64,000 nucleotides of DNA from the human T2T-CHM13v2.0 reference genome, Homo sapiens, in NCBI RefSeq assembly GCF_009914755.1, contig NC_060933.1; one strand, given 5' to 3'. Below, one piece after another: positions 14,181 through 31,041 of the stretch (positions within the stretch are counted from its first letter, which is position 1; each line of letters begins with the position of its first letter). Below the pieces are notes generated by a model. It saw only the letters and a program-made list of their open reading frames with translations. It had not been told where the DNA came from and searched no databases. The translations under genes were made by a program, and so were the position numbers.

Positions 14181-14734
14181 TGCTGTAGTTTGTACCTCTC
14201 CTTTGGCAAATATACTCAAACACAAACTCTGCCCTGAAAAGACAATTCCAGTTCCCTTTGTTTCATGATATGGAAACAAAGCTCAGAGTGATCTGCCTAA
14301 AGCCACACCGTCAAAGAGGGGCAGAAGTGAAATTAAAACCAGATGTCCTGGCTCCCCCTTCATTATATTGCTCAAGGAGCACATCTGCTATCATAGTTAT
14401 TTGTCTGCTTCTCCTAATCACATCATTGGATGTAAACATCCTCAGCATGGGAGAGTGCATTGTTTTATAAATGTTAATCTTTTATATTGTACCTTCCCTA
14501 TCTGTACCATTATTATTTTAATATTTAATTTAATATAATTTTTACTGCCCTTGGTCTCATCCTATGAAACAATATTGAAACCATGGCTTTGCCATCCTGA
14601 TTTCATCTATTTTTCTAGTACATGTTAAAATAAATACCTGTTGTTTTTTTTTTTTTAGATTTGCTTGTGTGTTTCCTAAAGTATGGGGCCCTCCATCAGA
14701 AGACATAATGCCACAATGAGGAAACACTGGTTCA

Positions 14735-14930
14735 GTAAACAGAGACACAGATTTAGAGATGGGGTCAAGTGCTAGCTCTGTCAGTTACTACCTTCTCGGC
14801 TAGTCATTGGAGCTGTGGTCATTCTTCTGGAGCTCTTCTGCAGATAGGGTTAAAATATCTTTACCCTGTTTACCTTTATGGCTGACTGTGAGGCTAGATT
14901 GAGAAAGAGATGGTTCTTTATGAACTCTGG
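14735..14930 (+). mobile_element. MIR SINE (degenerate)
   Basis: GGTCAAGTGCTAGCTCTGTCAGTTACTA...GTGAGGCTAGATTGAGA. Confidence 0.55.
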
Positions 14931-15276
14931 AGCACAATTCTCCTCTTTTTGCTACTCCTCCTTGTAATCCTCATTATTCACCTCTGTATTCCCTATAGCA
15001 TCAGTCTGAGCACGTTGTGGGTAACAGACACTTGAGGCATGACTATGGGATGAATAGAATTGTGTTCTAAGTCTGTATTACCCGAGTATCTACTGGAAGT
15101 TCAGAGGAGTAAGAAGAAGGTTAAATCTCACTTGCTATCTTGAAGGTGCTCCCCTGGTTACTGCATCACAACTTAACTCTGGCTCTCATCAAAGCTCCTA
15201 TACTTTGGCTGTCTCCCATTAGAAATGCAATCACTCTCAGCATTTATTGAATTGATAACTTTATTAAAGAATTGAG

Positions 15277-16310
15277 GTTAGAGCCAAGATGGCTGAACAG
15301 GAACAGCTCCAGTCTACAGCTCCGAGTGTGAGTGACGCAGAAGACGGGTGATTTCTGCATTTCTATCTGAGGTACCGGGTTCATCTCACTAGGGAGTGCT
15401 AGACAGTGGGCACAGGACAGTGGGTGCAGCCCACCATGCATGAGCTGAAGCAGGGCGAGGCATTGCCTCACTCGGGAAGCGCAAGGGGTCAGGGAGTTCC
15501 CTTTCCTAGTCAAAGAAAGGGATGACAGACGGCACCTGGAAAAACGGGTCACTCCCACCCTAATACTGCGCTTTTCTGACGGGCTTAAAAAATGGCGCAC
15601 CAGGAGCTTATATCCCGCACATGGCTCGGAGGGTCCTATGCCCACGGAGTCTCACTGATTGCTAGCACAGCAGCCTGAGATCAAACTGCAAGGTGGCAGC
15701 GACGCTGGGGGAGGGGTGCCCACCATTGCCCAGGCTTGCTTAGGTAAACAAAGCAGCTGGGAAGCTCAAGCTGGATGGAACCCACCACAGCTCAAGGAGG
15801 CCTGCCTGCCTCTGTAGGCTCCACCTTTGGGGACAGGGCACAGACAAACAAAAAGACAGCAGTAACCTCTGCAGACTTAAATGTCCCTGTCTGACAGCTT
15901 TGAAGAGAGCAGTTGTTTTCCCAGCACGTAGCTGGAGATCTGAGAACGGGCAGACTGCCTCCTCAAGTGGATCCCAGACCCCTGACCCCCAAGCAGCCTA
16001 ACTGGGAGGCACCCCCTGGTAGGGGCAGACTGACACCTCACATGGCTGGGTATTCCTCTGAGACAAAACTTCCAGAGGAACGATCAGGCAGCAGCATTCG
16101 CGATTCACGAAAATCCACAGTTCTGCAGCCACCGCTGCTGATACCCAGGGAAACAGGGACTGGAGTGGACCTTTAGCAAACTCCAACAGACCAGCAGCTG
16201 AGGGTCCTGTCTGTTAGAAGGAAAACTAACAAACAGAAAGGACATCCACACCAAAAAACCCATCTGTACATCACCATCATCAAAGACCAAAAGTAGATAA
16301 AACCAAAAAG
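15277..16310 (+). promoter_or_regulatory. L1 5'UTR internal promoter
   Basis: YY1-type CAAGATGGC at the start, splice donor CTGAG|GTACC at 15371/15372, and a retained ~129-bp segment at 16057-16184. Confidence 0.85.
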
Positions 16311-17327
16311 ATGGGGGAAAAACAGAGCAGAAAAACTGGAAACTCTAAAAAGCAGAGCGCCTCTCCTGCTCCAAAGGAAGGCAGTTTGTCACCAGCAACG
16401 GAACAAAGCTGGACGGAGAATGACTTTGACGAGTTGAGAGAAGAAGGCTTCAGACGATCAAACTACTCCGAGATACAGGAGGAAATTCTAACCAAAGGCA
16501 AAGAGGTTGAAAACCTTGAAAAAAATTTAGATGAATGTATAACTAGAATAACCAATACAGAGAAGTGCTTAAAGGAGCTGATGGAGATGAAAGCCAAGGC
16601 TCAAGAACTACTTGGAGAATGCAGAAGCCTCAGGAGCCGATGCGATCAACTGGAAGTAAGGGTATCAGCGATGGAAGATGAAATGAATGAAATGAAGTGA
16701 GAAGGGAAGTTTAGAGAAAAAAGAATAAAAAGAAACGAACAAAGCCTCCAAGAAATATGGGACTATGTGAAAAGACCAAATTTACGTCTGATTGGTGTAC
16801 CTGAAAGTGACGGGGAGAATGGAACCAAGTTGGAAAACACTCTGCAGGATATTATCCAGGAGAACTTCCCCAATCTAGCAAGGCAGGCCAACATTCAGAT
16901 TCAGGAAATACAGAGAACGCCACAAAGATACTCCTCGAGAAGAGCAACTCCAAGGCACATAATTGTCAGATTCACCAAAGTAGAAATCAAAGAAAAAATG
17001 TTAAGGGCAGGCAGAGAGAAAGGTCGGGTTACCCACAAAGGGAAGCCCATCAGACTAACAGCTCATCTCTTGGCAGAAACCCTACAAGCCAGAAGAGAGT
17101 GGGGGCCAATATTCAACATTCTTAAAGAAAAGAATTTTCAACCCAGATTTTCATATCCAGCCAAACTAAGCTTCATAAGTGAAAGAGAAATAAAATCCTT
17201 TACAGACAAGCAAATGCTGAGAAATTTTGTCACCACCGGGCATGCCCTACAAGAGTTCCTGAAGGAAGCACTAAACATGGAAAGGAACAGCTGGTACCAG
17301 CCACTGCAAAATCATGCCAAATTGTAA
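16311..17327 (+). pseudogene. L1 ORF1p pseudogene with one premature stop
   Basis: MGEKQSRK...QNHAKL, with an in-frame TGA at 16698-16700 (probably CGA>TGA CpG decay). Confidence 0.95.
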
Positions 17328-17390
17328 AGACCATTGAGGCTAGGAAGAAACTGCATCAACTAATGAGCAAAATAACCAGCTAACATCATA

Positions 17391-21196
<3,806 letters not shown>

Positions 21197-21689
21197 ACAA
21201 TGAGAACACATGGACACAGGAAGGGGAACATCACACACCGGGGCCTGTTGTGGGGTGGGGGGAGGGGACAGGATAGCATTAGGAGATACACCTAATGCTA
21301 AATGACGAGTTAATGGGTGCAGCACACCAGCATGGCATATGTATACATATGTAACTAACCTGCACATTGTGCACATGTACCCTAAAACTTAAAGTATAAT
21401 AACAATAATAATAATAAATTGAGAGATTTATAAAATGGTATCATATATCAGTCTACATAGCTTCTGTGAGTTCCCAGATTTTCATTTTCATTCATTCATT
21501 CGTGCTGTCTCTCTCTTTCTCTTTCTCCTTCTCTCTCTTCATTCATCCATCCTTTTATTCCGGCCCTGGTATTCTCACCCATGCTTACCCTTGAAAAATC
21601 CAAGTAGTTTTATTATTTTAATATTCTGACTGCAACTGTGCTAACAACAATAATAGCAGCGTTCCCCTGCCACATCTTTCATTTCTATG

Positions 21690-21840
21690 ATAATCCTGTA
21701 AGACAGACAAGGCAAGGACCACTGTCTCCGTTTTACAGGCAAGGAAACAGTCTTTTAGACATCCCAAATCAGTTATGATATTCTCATAAGAAGTTAAGAT
21801 TAGAACCTTGGTCTTATTCTGAGCCCAGTGCACTCTTCTT
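21690..21840 (-). mobile_element. MIR SINE
   Basis: AATCCTGTAAGA...CTCCGTTTTACAGGCAAGGAAACAG core. Confidence 0.65.
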
Positions 21841-21879
21841 TTCAACAAGTTCTCAAGTCATCATCTCTGTGAAGCCACA

Positions 21880-22440
21880 ATATGTACAGTCATTGAAGCA
21901 AGTAAGATTTCTAAGGAAAGAGTTCAGCTGTGTGAGGAAATGAGGGATTCCAAAATGGGGCCCTAAGAAATGTCAGCATTTACAAATCAGCTATAAGAGA
22001 GAGACACTTACAATGGATTCTGAGATAAAGTGGCCAGAAAAGTAGGAGGAAAACCAAAAAAGAGGGGTATCATAGGAACCAAAAGAAGAGAATGCTCTAA
22101 AACTAAAATGGTGGTCTACTGGATTTCATCATTCTGAAAAATTTACTAGGAAGAAGTCAGAGCAGATTCACTGGATACAGCAACATGAAGATCATTGATG
22201 ATCTGGGAAGAACAATTTCATTGGAGCACTTGGGGAGGAAGCCATATAAAGATGAGTTGAAGAATGAATGGGATATGAAGACTTGAAAATAACACTTGCA
22301 GACATCTTGGGGAGAAGTATAACAGATAAACAAGGTGGTAACTGGAGGGACATGCTACTTTACGGAGGATTTTTAAATTTGAGATCAGATTTGTTACAGC
22401 AAGTTTGAGTGCAATTGAGGAGATAGGATATGCAGGAGGA
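21880..22440 (-). mobile_element. L2 LINE fragment
   Basis: Purine-rich antisense L2 motif GCCAGAAAAGTAGGAGGAAAACCA...CATAGGAACCAA. Confidence 0.7.
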
Positions 22441-22486
22441 ATTGATTGAAGGCTTTTAAAATTTATTTTCAGTATCATTTTATTAA

Positions 22487-22491
<5 letters not shown>

Positions 22492-22526
<35 letters not shown>
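22492..22526. repeat. (CT)n microsatellite
   Basis: Direct CT run. Confidence 0.95.
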
Positions 22527-22528
<2 letters not shown>

Positions 22529-22816
22529 AGGTTCCTAGTGTGTTATTGCTTTTATGATGTCTCCTTGAAAGCCTAGCTGCAATCCACAAAAGCCAGCTTA
22601 CCTACCCTCAGTTCAAACCTTAACCCCTCTCACACTTCACTTTTGTCCCAATTATGGTATTCTTTTTCCCAAAAACCAATTTTTCTCTCTCCAATCACAA
22701 AGGAAGACTTTCAGTCCAACAAATTTAGAGCAAACTCAGAGTGGTAATTCAATTTATGTCATTTTTCAAAGGATATTAACATTTTTAAAGAGCTAAAATG
22801 GGAATAGTAATCACCC

Positions 22817-23395
22817 TGTATAATAATTTTTTATTGCTTCTTAACAAATTAACACAAATTTAGCAGCTTAAAACAACACCTGTTTATCATCTCACAGTTT
22901 CTGTAGGTCAGTAGTCTAGCATGGCACAGCTGGTTTCTCTGCTTAGGGTGTCATAGGGCCAAAATGAAGGTGTTGGCCAGCTGGGCTCTCATCGGAAGGC
23001 TCTTGGAAGGAAAGAACTCTAATCTCATTCAGGTTATTGGCAGAATTCGGATCTTGCAGTTGTAGAACTGAGGTCCTCATCTCCTTGCTGGCCATCACCC
23101 AAGGGCTATTCTCAGCTTCTGGAGGCCACAGGCATTTCTTGGCACATTGTTTCTACTCTCTCTAAACACAGGGATGGCATGTCGAATTGTCTCATGCTTT
23201 GAATCTCTGAATTCCCTTTCTGCTAACAGAGAAAAAGCAGCTTTCAGCGGCCTGGACTGATTAGCTCAAGCCCACTCGTGTACTCTCCACATCTTAAGAG
23301 AGATATATAATTGGCTTAAATGCCTTCTCAGCAGTACCTGGATTAGTGTTTGGTTGAGCAACCAGAGGATGGGAATCTGGGGAGTCATCTCCTAT
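22817..23395 (-). mobile_element. MaLR LTR (MLT1E-like)
   Basis: ACAAATTTAGCAGCTTAAAACAACAC...TCTCACAGTTTCTGTAGGTCAG and GCAGTTGTAGAACTGAGGTCC motifs. Confidence 0.8.
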
Positions 23396-23505
23396 ACCCT
23401 GGAACTAAAGAATCTTCTGAGTTCTTCAAGGAATCTCTCCACCATACCTATAGCCACCTGTGATAGACACTGCTCTATCCACAGCTCCCAGGCAGCCATG
23501 TTTTT

Positions 23506-23837
<332 letters not shown>

Positions 23838-24077
23838 TAGCCATGTTTTTATTATGTGACATCAGAGCCATCCCCCTACTACAGCTTACTGAACTAAGTG
23901 TGACTCCCTGACCCATGGAGCACACTCAGCCTCTTTTAACTTTCAGTTCTTAGTCCTAGTCCTTCAAAAAACACATTTGTAGGTGCTGCCCATGAGTTAG
24001 GTAAAATAAGTTAGTGTTTTGCCCTGTTGTGGAAGCCAGTTTGGGCAGGTGTTCATTACTTGAAACCCAAAGACCAC

Positions 24078-24180
24078 TAGATGATGGGTTGATAGGTACA
24101 GCAAACCACCGTGGCACATGTATACCTATGTAAAAAACCTGCATATTCTGCACATGTATCCCAGAACTTAAAATAAAAAA
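24078..24180 (+). mobile_element. Very short 5'-truncated L1PA (PA8-10-like) 3' end
   Basis: TAGATGATGGGTTGATAGGT...CACATGTATCCCAGAACTTAAAATAAAAAA. Confidence 0.9.
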
Positions 24181-24739
24181 TGAGTGGCTAATGGATCTGA
24201 AAACTGTTATTGGATTCACATTACTGGAGACTATCACCTGTGTGACATACCAGTTGAGCTACAGGGCTAAACTGAGAAATCAGGAAAAGAGACCATCAAA
24301 GATGATCCTGATTAAAACCACTGTTATGCCAGGGTGACTTTGTGTATATCCAAGATGTGTCTTCTGAGAAGTGAAATCAGGGAGGTGTATATTCTTCACT
24401 GCGATAATCCAGCCAGGTTAATAAATAAACAACTAAAGAACATCAGAAAGGCCTGGGGATGAGTAAAGAAATTAGAATCCAAATATGCCAACTTATATTA
24501 TCTAAATGTAAATTTTCAGTAAAACGTGCCAAAAAAAAAAGAGACAGAGAAACCAGGGCATTGTTAGTGACACCCTCAGGTCCAACCACTCATTTATTTA
24601 TTTCAAGAATCTTTAGCAAATTTTATGTCCAAGGCATCCTCTTAAGTAAACATTAGGAAAGAAAAGAAAACCGTATCTGGCTTGAGGAAAGCTATCACCC
24701 TGAAGTTGCAGGGAATCATTATGTTTTGGAGAGTGAGGA

Positions 24740-25173
24740 AGACTGATTGAAATGATAGCCAGGTAATGTCCTTCCTGTGTCTTCCTGTGTCTGCTCCTAC
24801 TGTGACATTTGGCTCAATCACATGACTTGCCTGGACCAATAGGATGCTAGCCGACTTGACAGATGCAGAGGCCTGGGAAAGGGCAACACATTTTTGGTTT
24901 CTCTTTTGGAACCCTGCAGCCACAAGAAAAAAAACCCAAGCAGTCCAGGGGAGGATGAGAGATAACACGAGGTAGAGCTGAGCCAACCCAGCCCTGGATG
25001 GACCCACCAGCCCCCAGCCAACCTGACAGCTGCACACAGACACATGAGTAAGTCCCATGCAGATCAGTGAACTACCCACCCAACCCACAGATTTGCAAAA
25101 TAATAATAGATGAGTGCTGTTTTCAGGCACTAAGTTTTGGGGTGTTTTGTTATGCACCAATAGATACGTGATA
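24740..25173 (+). mobile_element. MaLR LTR (MLT1G/H-like)
   Basis: CACATGACTTGCCTGGACCAATAGGATG...CACTAAGTTTTGGGGTGTTTTGTTATGCA...GATACA. Confidence 0.8.
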
Positions 25174-25201
25174 CAGAGAGAACAAAAGTAACTTCAGAAC
25201 T

Positions 25202-25239
25202 ACGGGCCAGATATTTTCTAACGGGCCAGATATTTTCTA
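25202..25239. repeat. Perfect 19-bp tandem duplication
   Basis: ACGGGCCAGATATTTTCTA repeated twice. Confidence 0.97.
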
Positions 25240-25979
25240 ATTTGGAGAGAAGGGAAAATCAGTTGCCTAAGATTTATGGCTTTATTCAATTGAGAGAATT
25301 CAAAGGTAAAGGGGCCTCAACTGCTTCAAATGCCGCCCAGCTCTCCCTCTGTTCAGATTTTAACAAATTTGCCAGCCTTTTCTGGCATCCATATCAGGTC
25401 ATTTAATTAAGTAATAGAAAGGTAATTAAGACCGAAATATGATTATTTGGGTTAGTCTTGTGCACCCACAGAGGAAGAAAAGCAGAATGTGCCAGCTGCA
25501 AACATCTGCAGTGAAAGAAGTCTGGGACAAAAAGCAGTTTCTGCTCTTGCCTCCTGTTCTTTCAGAAAACACCAGTCTTCTAGGGCAGTAAATTAGTAGT
25601 GAGTCACTAGCTGTATAATACGTGCTGCTTGTCTCATGAGACATTAAACCGAGGTCCCTTCTGCTCACATCGTGCACCTGTCACCAAATGTCCAATAAAA
25701 ATCCTGTTCTCTGAGGGCATGTCAGGAAGGAGCAGGGCAAAGACTTGCCCAAGCCTTCCTCAGCAGTCCAGGAGAGCCCCCAGGCAAGGTACTCCCTGTG
25801 GCCTGCCCCAAGGCTGAGTCATCAGAGGCCCTCATCCGCAAATCCCACCTGATCTATGGCTGCTGGCAATCACACACAGAGAAATGAATGCCAAATAAGG
25901 GCTGTGTGTGACACACTCAAGTTTACTCCCTCTCCGAGGTGGTCTGGGGAATTTCTGAGGTAGATCTCACCTAGGTAGT

Positions 25980-26200
25980 GGGGAAGAATGGGCATGGGCC
26001 AGAAGTCAGGAGACTTGGTTTCAAAGCTTTTGTCATGTAGTCAGTGTGTGACCTGAGACAAGATTCCCAACTTCCCAGATGGCTCTCCTGCATTATCTCC
26101 TGTAAAATAGGGACAGTGATAGCTGTTTGCCAACCTCACACATCAGCCTTAATTTTTTTTTACACTGGATAATGTATGGGAAAGGGGGCTTGAAATGGTA
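25980..26200 (+). mobile_element. MIR SINE
   Basis: GAAGTCAGGAGAC...TGTGTGACCTGAGACAAG...CTGTAAAATAGGGA. Confidence 0.7.
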
Positions 26201-26249
26201 AGAAGCATTCAAAATTTGACATTCTCATTCTCGAGTTATGTGATGTAAA

Positions 26250-27150
26250 AGCATAATGTCTAGGGCTAGGTGACCTGAATTTAAGCCTCTGCCTCTTACT
26301 GACTGCGTGACCTTGAGCAGGCTACTTAGTTCAACTTTCGTCATCTGCAAAATGTGGCTGCTATAACAATACTTCTAAAAGTTTTGAGGATTAGGGTTGG
26401 TTCCAAGTCTTTGCTATTGTGAATAATGCCGCAACAAACATACGTGTGCATGTGTCTTTATAGCAGCATGATTTATAGTGCTTTGGGTATATACCCAGTA
26501 ATGGGATGGCTGGGTCAAATGGTATTTCTAGTTCTAGATCCCTGAGGAGTCGCCACACTGACTTCCACAATGGTTGCACTAGTTTACGGTCCCACCAACA
26601 GTGTGAAAGCATTCCTATTTCTCCACATCCTCTCAACCCAAATGTCCATCAATGGTAGACTGGATTAAGAAAATGTGGCACATGTACACCATGGAATACT
26701 ATGCAGCCATAAAAAATGATGAGTTCATGTCCTTTGTAGGGACATGGATGAAATTGGAAATCATCATTCTCAGTAAACTGTCGCAAGAACAAAAAACCAA
26801 ACACCGCATGTTCTCACTCATAGGTGGGAATTGAACAATGAGAACACTTGGACACAGGAAGGGGGACATCACACTCTGGGGACTGTGGTGGGGTGGGGGG
26901 AGGGTGGAGGGATAGCATTAGGAGATATACCTAATGCTAGATGACGAGTTAGTGGGTGCAGCGCACCAGCATGGCACATGTATACATATGTAACTAACCT
27001 GCACAATGTGCACATGTACCCTAAAACTTAAAGTATAAAAAAAATTAAAAAAAAACAGTTTTGAGGATTAAATAGATTGTGGGTAAAGCCATCAGGAAAG
27101 TGAGTAGAACACAGTGGCGAACAGTACATGTTCATGCATTATTATAATTT
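26250..27150 (+). mobile_element. MIR split by the L1 insertion (26250-26393 and 27071-27150)
   Basis: CTGCGTGACCTTGAGCAGG...TCATCTGCAAAATG...TTTTGAGGATTA, resuming as AATAGAT...GTAAAGC after the L1. Confidence 0.75.
26394..27056 (+). mobile_element. 5'-truncated, 5'-inverted L1PA2-like insertion
   Basis: 26394-26633 is antisense ORF2 end and 26634-27056 is the sense 3' end plus poly(A). 14-bp TSD AGTTTTGAGGATTA at 26380-26393 and 27057-27070. Confidence 0.96.
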
Positions 27151-27392
27151 TATTGTTGTTTTCATTATCATGAATCTCTACTCTGTACCCATGGCATTTC
27201 TACTTACAAATAGGTACATATTTGGATTTATATTCCAGATCTTCAGCTTCTGAATCCTATAACCTGGGAAACTATTGAACTTACCTGTTTTTTTTCTCAC
27301 CTGCCCAGTGATGGCACAGAGAGGATTAAGTGACACTGTCCATATAAAGTACCTGGAACACACACTAGTGCAATATTATTTGCCTTCCTTTT

Positions 27393-27857
27393 TTCTTCTT
27401 TTGAGATTTTAAAAACAACAACATAACAACATTTACCATTATAACCATTTCCAAATGTGTAGTTCAGTAGTATTAGAGCATTTTCACTTTTTCATCTAGT
27501 AAAACGGAAACTGTAAACCCACTCAACATGAATGCCTTGTTCCCTCCTCCCTGCAGTTCCTGGTAACCACCGTTCTCTTTGCTTCCATAAATCTGACTAC
27601 TCTTGATACCTCACTGAATGGTATCTTATAGTGTTTATTCTTTTGTGACTGGCCTATTTCATTTAGCATAATATTCTCAAGGTTCATCCACGTCATAATA
27701 TGTGACTGGATTTCCTTCCCTCTTAAGACTGAATAATATGCCATTGTACGTTTATACTGCATTTTATTTATACATTCATCCATTGATAGACATTTGGGTT
27801 GCTTCCACTTCTTGTCTATTGTGAATAATCTCACTGCTATGAGCATGGGTGTGTAGC
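27393..27857 (-). mobile_element. L1MA/L1MB 3' end
   Basis: Antisense L1M 3' region (ORF-track peptide KWKQPKCLSMDECINK). TSD TGCCTTCCTTTT at 27381-27392 and 27858-27869. Confidence 0.88.
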
Positions 27858-28339
27858 TGCCTTCCTTTTATCCCCTATGCTGATGCAAATAATTGAATGA
27901 CAGGCAGGTACAGTTCCTTTCATGTTTGCCTCTTCATGGTCAAGGCAAATTAATCTTGAATATCACTAGCATTATGGATGTTATGTTTCTCAAGTTGATT
28001 TCCTAATATGGAAATTAATATTTTCTGTATTAATTTATTAGCATGCTTCTATGATAATATTTCAACATTAATATTGACGTTCTTAACATTTCAACGTGGA
28101 ATTAACAGAAGTGAAAGAAAGGAAGCAAAATGGAAAGAAAAACACTCATTCTGCATTTATATGTTTATTACCAGAGGCATAGTTGGCTGTTGGCTCCTAC
28201 TATGTGGTTGGTATTCAGGGAGATAAAAACAGTCAGATTTTCTTCAAACCTACACTCATCTATATTGTTAACGGAGGTGAGTAATTTTCAACACCATCCT
28301 TCCAAAAGTACAGCTCACTTCTGACTTCTTGTTTCATAT

Positions 28340-28630
28340 CTCAGCTCGGTGTAACTTCCTCTGGGAAGGGCCTTCAGACCCCAACTGAGGTCAGAGTCCT
28401 TTGGTTTATGTTCTCATAGAACTGTGCTCCTTTTCTTCAGGACACATCTCAGTTTTACTTGGAAGTTTACTACTGCAAATTTTGGTGAACATTTGTCTCC
28501 CCTATTAAATTGTACATTCTCTCAAAGCTGGGACATTGTCTATTTTTACTCCCTCTTAAATCCCCTGCTCCTTGTCTGGTGCATAGCAGACACTCAACAA
28601 ATACTGCTAATAAACCCCAAGTGAATGAAG
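28340..28630 (+). mobile_element. L2 3' end
   Basis: TCTCAGCTC...CTTCCTCTGGGAAG...GCATAGCAGACACTCAACAAATACT...GTGAATGAA. Confidence 0.7.
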
Positions 28631-29352
28631 TTCTCCAAAAGAAGCAAATCACTATGACAGGGGAATATCAAATCTCAGGCTGGAAAAGAGAGATATTTTA
28701 TGTTGGAAAATTAGGAGAGGAAAAGAATTACTTTTCCAAGGAGAAAGAGCAGAGTCTTGATGTGCTAGGTCAGCAATACTTTCCTATATCGAAGATGATA
28801 AAATGGTGTTTTTTTAGAAAAAATTCTTCCTTGAGCTAAGCACTTTTCCATCAAAGTCTAAATGGAAGAAGACTATTTTTTTGATGCATGTGACTTATGC
28901 AGTCCATACATTTTCTGTAAGTTACCAAGCAAAATTATAAGACTCTTCACTTTTCTACAATGGCTTTTTGTCTGAAAGATTCCACACCAATAATTATTTA
29001 AACACCATATTACAAATCCTCCTACCTGGTTGAGATCATATGCTAGAAACAATAACTCCTTTGGAAAACACAATGTCACAACTAACAGTTCAATTGGTTG
29101 AAATGCATACTGAAGCAGATTGCCTTACTAATGTGCCTCAGGCACGTCAGGGGTAAAAGACAGAAAAGACCAGCAAAAGCAGACTGCAGAAGGGAATCCC
29201 TATCATCATTCTCATTGCCCCATGCCCTCTTGGTTCTTGAACTCAGTGACTGGGACTATGAATAATAGGCAGAGGGTGGGGGCAACCTTCTCTGGGCATT
29301 GAGTCTCCCCTAAAATTGACATTAAAAGAATCATAAGAGAGATGTAATTATA

Positions 29353-29650
29353 GGCTAGGCACGGTGGCTCATTCCTGTCATCACAGCACTTTGGGAGGCT
29401 GAGGCAGGCAGATTGCTTTGAGTTCACAAGTTCAAGACCAGCCTGGGCAACATGGCAAACCCCCATCTCTAAGAAAAACAAATTTACTGGGAGTGGTGGC
29501 ATGCATCTGTGGTCCCAGCCACTTTGGAGGCTGAGGCTGGAGGATAGGTTGAGCCCAGGAAGTGGAGGTTGCAGTGAGCTGCACTCCAGCCTGGGCAGCA
29601 GTGTGAGACCCTGTCTGAAAAAAAAAAAAAGAAAAAGAAAAAGAAAAGAA
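29353..29650 (+). mobile_element. AluJ with a short deletion in the right arm
   Basis: GCAGTGAGCT is joined directly to GCACTCCAGC. A-rich tail and possible TSD AATTATA. Confidence 0.92.
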
Positions 29651-29800
29651 ATTATATTACATTGTCGTAAGATAAACACAGATATAGTCCAGATCCATAT
29701 CTCATGGTAAATCTAGACTTCATATTGGATGAAGTGCTAGATTACCTCTAAAAGCTTTTCAGCTGACTAGAGTATAAACCTACAATTAAAAAATTTGGCC

Positions 29801-31041
29801 TTCTTTTGAAAAATGTTTGTTCATATCTTTTGCCAACTTTTTGATGGGTTGTTTGTTTTTTTCTTGTAAATTTGTTTAAGTTCCTTGTAGATTCTGGATA
29901 TTAGCCATTTGTCAGATGGGTAGATTGCAAAAGTTTTCTCCCATTCTGTAGGTTGCCTGTTCACTCTGCTGATAGTTTCTTTTGCTGTGCAGAAGCTCTT
30001 TAGTTTAATTAGATCCCATTTGTCAATTTTGGCTCTTGCTGCCATTGCTTTTGGTGTTTTGGTCATGAAGTCTTTGCCCATGCCTGTGTCCTGAATGGTA
30101 TTGCCTAGGTTTTCTTCTAGGGTTTTTATGGTTTTAGGTCTAACATTTAAATCTTTAATCCATCTTGAGTTAATTTTTGTATAAGGTGTAAGGAAGGCGT
30201 CTAATTTCAGTCTTCTGCATATGGCTAGCCAGTTTTCCCAACACCATTTATTTTATGCAGTCAACAAACGTATAAAAAAAGCTCATCATCACTGATCATT
30301 AGAGTAATGCAACTCAAAACCACAATAAGATACCATCTCACACCAGTTAGAATGGCGATCATTAAAAAGTCAGGAAACAACAGATGCTGGAGAGGATGTG
30401 GAGAAATAGGAATGCTTTCACACTGTTGGTGGGAGTGTAAATTAGTTTAGCCATTGTGGAAGACAGTGTAGCGATTCCTCAAGGATCTAGAACCAGAAAT
30501 ACCATTTGACCCAGCGATCCCATTACTGGGTATATACCCAAAGGATTGTAAATCATTATACTATAAAGATACATGCACATGTATGTTTATTTCAGCGGTG
30601 TTCACAATAGCGAAGACTTGCAACTAACCCAAATGCCCATCAATGATAGACTGGATAAAGAAAATATGACACATATACACCGTGGAATACTATGCAGCCG
30701 TAAGAAAGGATGAGTTCATGTCCTTTGCAGGGACATGGATGTAGCTGGAAACCATCATTCTCAGCAAACTAACACAGAAACAGAAAACCAAACAGCGCAT
30801 GTTCTCACTCATAAGTGGGAATTGAACAATGAGAACATATGGACACAGGGAAGGGAACATCACACGGGGGCCTGTCAGGGGTTGGGGGCAAGGGAAGGGA
30901 TAGCATTAGGAGAAATACCTAATGTAGATGATGGGTTGATGGGTGCAGCAGACCACCATGGCGTATATATACCTATGTAACAAACCTGCACATTTTGCAC
31001 ATGTATCCCAGAACTTAAAGTATAATTTAAAAAAAGAAAAG
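29801..31041 (+). mobile_element. 5'-truncated, 5'-inverted L1PA7/8-like insertion
   Basis: 29801 to about 30252 is antisense ORF2 and about 30252-31041 is sense through the poly(A). Degenerate TSD AAAAAATTTGGCC (29788-29800) versus AAAGAATTTGTCC (31042-31054). Confidence 0.93.

Noticed and set aside
24642-25160. 172-aa ORF
   Set aside because: Lies antisense within an MLT1 LTR and has no recognisable domain.
29212-29679. 155-aa ORF and other [17 protein letters not shown]-type ORFs
   Set aside because: Typical antisense-Alu translations.
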